The notes beneath the pieces are model-generated. The model was not told where the DNA came from, did no database searches, and worked only from the letters and a program-made list of their open reading frames with translations. A program made the position numbers and the translations under genes. A stretch of DNA of 8,848 nucleotides from Candidatus Odinarchaeota archaeon (GTDB lineage: Archaea; Asgardarchaeota; Odinarchaeia; Odinarchaeales; Odinarchaeaceae). Shown piece by piece: positions 7,282-8,848 of the stretch. The stretch's first letter is position 1. Each line of letters opens with the position of its first letter. The DNA is taken from contig JAWBON010000025.1 of assembly GCA_038826135.1 (NCBI GenBank), positions 1 through 8,848 on the forward strand, given 5' to 3'.

Positions 7282-7307
7282 ATCGATGGTTCAAATCCAT
7301 CCCCCGC

Positions 7308-7337
7308 ACAGAATTATAGAACATGATTCTGGGGGAT
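7308..7337 (+). other. tRNA intron 5, position 71/72 in the acceptor stem, 30 nt
   Basis: Central helix CCCC(7302-05)/GGGG(7332-35); bulges GC|A and AT|T; 9-bp outer helix CAGAATTAT/ATGATTCTG. Removal gives CCCCGC|TACCA, restoring U72, A73 and CCA. Confidence 0.85.
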
Positions 7338-7367
7338 TACCAATGTCTCCTAAGTGGCGTATGCCAA

Positions 7368-7389
7368 CCCCGCTACCAATCCCCTGCTA
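7368..7389 (+). repeat. Two tandem downstream copies of the intron-less tRNA 3' end
   Basis: 7368-7380 CCCCGCTACCAAT equals spliced 7302-7307 + 7338-7344 (13/13). 7379-7389 ATCCCCTGCTA equals mature positions 63-73 with one substitution (10/11). Confidence 0.8.
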
Positions 7390-7393
7390 AAGA

Positions 7394-7402
7394 TTCTTTT
7401 TT
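7394..7402 (+). terminator. Oligo-T terminator candidate (TTCTTTTTT) for the tRNA transcript
   Basis: First T-run downstream of the tRNA; lies after the 3'-end repeats and before the convergent DUF35 stop at 7415. Confidence 0.5.
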
Positions 7403-7414
7403 AGAAAATTGTTT

Positions 7415-7822
7415 TCACATCACAGGGCGGAATTTGAAACCGTAGTGTATAACACCGTTCTCCCCGTCATCGTAGATTCTGCGTATGACGGCTTCTACAG
7501 GCATACCTATCTCTAACTTATCTACATCACAATCTGTTATTTGAGATAATACTTTAACACCGTTCTCTAGTTTGACTATAGCTATCGCATAGGGAACATA
7601 TATCTCGTATTTTAAAGGTGCCTGTCTAATGATTGTAAAAGATTCGATAACACCCTTCCTGGGTAGCGCTATTTTCTCAAGATTTTTAGATTTACAATTA
7701 TTACATACTGTTTTAGGTGGGAAGTATATATGATTGCAGGATAGGCATTTAGAAGCTTCTAGACGATAGTGTTGGGGTATTTCTCTCCATAATTTCGGAA
7801 CTCTTAATTCACTCGTGTTCAC
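7415..7822 (-). CDS. DUF35-family Zn-ribbon/OB-fold protein (thiolase partner)
   Basis: WREIPQHYRLEASKCLSCNHIYFPPKTVCNNC (CxxC...CxxC), then OB-fold ESFTIIR..PYAIAIVKLENGVKVLSQI..KLEIGMPVEAVIR; GTG overlaps the thiolase TGA. Confidence 0.92.
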   Translation of the reverse strand: MNTSELRVPKLWREIPQHYRLEASKCLSCNHIYFPPKTVCNNCKSKNLEKIALPRKGVIESFTIIRQAPLKYEIYVPYAIAIVKLENGVKVLSQITDCDVDKLEIGMPVEAVIRRIYDDGENGVIHYGFKFRPVM

Positions 7823-8847
7823 ACCCTCCTTAAAATTTGAATAGTTGAATTTGACCCGGCTCCGCTTAATGTTTGACTTAACCCTATTACAGGATTCGAG
7901 TCTATTTTCAGCTGCGCGTCGCCTCTTAATGTTAAAGCAATCTCAGCTGTCTGGTAGACGCCTGTTGCTCCTACAGGATGGCCTCTAGCTTTCAATCCGC
8001 CACTGATATTTACTGGTTTACCACCGTTCTTCGAGAAATAGCCTTCCTTTAACAGTTTCGCAGCTTCACCTCGCCTAGCGAAGCCTAGTTCCTCTAATGC
8101 CATTAAACCGTAAATAGTGTATGAGTCGAATATTTCAGCTACTTGAATATCTTCAGGTTTTATTTTAGCCATTTGATATGCTTTTTCAGCAGCTATTCTT
8201 ATTGATTTAAAGTCTAAGAGATCTTCTCTTTGAGTTAAACCTAGTGAATCTGAGGCTTGACCTATCCCTGAGATTTGAATAGGGGTGTCGGTTATTTTTT
8301 TAGCTTTTTCTAAGGGGCAGAGTATTAGGGCGGCAGCCCCGTCACCTAAAGGCGCGCAGTTCATTAATGTGATCGGGTCGGCTATAGGTCTAGCGTTAAT
8401 AATAGAGTCGATTGTCACTTCGAAGCGTAGCTGAGCGTAGGGATTGCTTACAGCGTTTTTATGGTCCTGTTGGGCTAGTAAAGCTATATCTTCAACACTT
8501 ACATTATATTTATGCATGTACAGTCTCATGACTAGTGCGGCTGCACCTTCAGGGGATAGGCCTTGAATAGTTTCATATTCATGGAATAACCCTAATGAAA
8601 TTATCGACTCAGCTTCGGCGGAGATAGCTTCAGACATTTTTTCAACGCCACCTACTAGAACGAAATCATGTGAGCCTGATGCGACATCGTTGAAGGCTGC
8701 GATTATAGCGCTGCCGCCTGAAGACTCACCTGTCTCTATTCTAGTCGCTGGGATATTGTTAAAACCAGCGAAGTCAACTAGCAGTGATGAAAGATTCTTC
8801 TGATGGTTAAATTCGTCAGCTGCCATATTACCTATGTAAGCTGCTTC
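7819..8847 (-). CDS. SCP2-type thiolase-fold protein (acetyl-CoA acetyltransferase-like), 5' end outside the window, catalytic motifs substituted
   Basis: Frame continues past ATG 8826 to the window edge (EAAYIGNMA). Motifs VGGVEKMS, CAPLGDGAAALIL, NISGGLKARGHPVGATG; ETGESSG at the nucleophile site and FDSY at the HDxF site. Confidence 0.88.
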   Translation of the reverse strand, partial: EAAYIGNMAADEFNHQKNLSSLLVDFAGFNNIPATRIETGESSGGSAIIAAFNDVASGSHDFVLVGGVEKMSEAISAEAESIISLGLFHEYETIQGLSPEGAAALVMRLYMHKYNVSVEDIALLAQQDHKNAVSNPYAQLRFEVTIDSIINARPIADPITLMNCAPLGDGAAALILCPLEKAKKITDTPIQISGIGQASDSLGLTQREDLLDFKSIRIAAEKAYQMAKIKPEDIQVAEIFDSYTIYGLMALEELGFARRGEAAKLLKEGYFSKNGGKPVNISGGLKARGHPVGATGVYQTAEIALTLRGDAQLKIDSNPVIGLSQTLSGAGSNSTIQILRRV

Positions 8848-8848
8848 A

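Larger units (their letters stand above)
7153..7342 (+). tRNA. Initiator tRNA-Met(CAU) split by five introns; exons 7153-7167, 7193-7199, 7214-7230, 7248-7255, 7282-7307, 7338-7342
   Basis: Joined exons give AGCGGGG TG GGGT AGTCAGGAGA TCCC G CGGGG CTCATAA CCCCG AGATC GATGG TTCAAAT CCATC CCCCGCT A CCA (78 nt): complete cloverleaf, A1:U72, G29-G31:C39-C41, anticodon CAT, encoded CCA. Every junction falls after the second nucleotide of a 3-nt bulge in a BHB-type fold. Confidence 0.9.

Noticed and set aside
7153-7309. tRNA ending at 7309 (four introns, A1.A72 mismatch)
   Set aside because: A fifth BHB with a 9-bp helix restores U72-A73-CCA exactly, which is a much better explanation.
7302-7378. 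Use of 7368-7378 as the true 3' exon through a larger or sixth intron
   Set aside because: I tested cut registers across the repeat and none gives a 4-bp central helix with 3-nt bulges.

Overview
AT-rich archaeal housekeeping region, probably from an Asgard (or Bathyarchaeia-like) genome; this is inferred from an OSTC/OST3-OST6-like gene and the overall gene set. Plus strand: 3' end of an XPD/Rad3 helicase, a metallophosphoesterase, a RadB-like ATPase, CDP-archaeol synthase (carS) and radA. Minus strand: an OSTC/DC2-like membrane protein, a HemK-family methyltransferase, a coiled-coil protein, deoxyhypusine synthase, a DUF35 Zn-ribbon/OB-fold protein and a 5'-truncated thiolase-fold protein with substituted catalytic residues. 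The standout is 7153-7342, an initiator tRNA-Met(CAU) gene that I can rebuild by hand only by removing FIVE bulge-helix-bulge introns (positions 15/16, 20a/21, 37/38, 45/46, 71/72). The exons are 15, 7, 17, 8, 26 and 5 nt and join into a canonical 78-nt tRNAi with A1:U72 and an encoded CCA. Sequences in one intron and in the 3' trailer, which carries two copies of the intron-less tRNA 3' end, are complementary to tRNA stem strands, suggesting decoy-strand-guided ordered splicing. In addition, radA and the phosphoesterase appear to start at non-NUG codons (ATT, GTT) behind good Shine-Dalgarno motifs. All calls are manual; no searches or folding programs were run.
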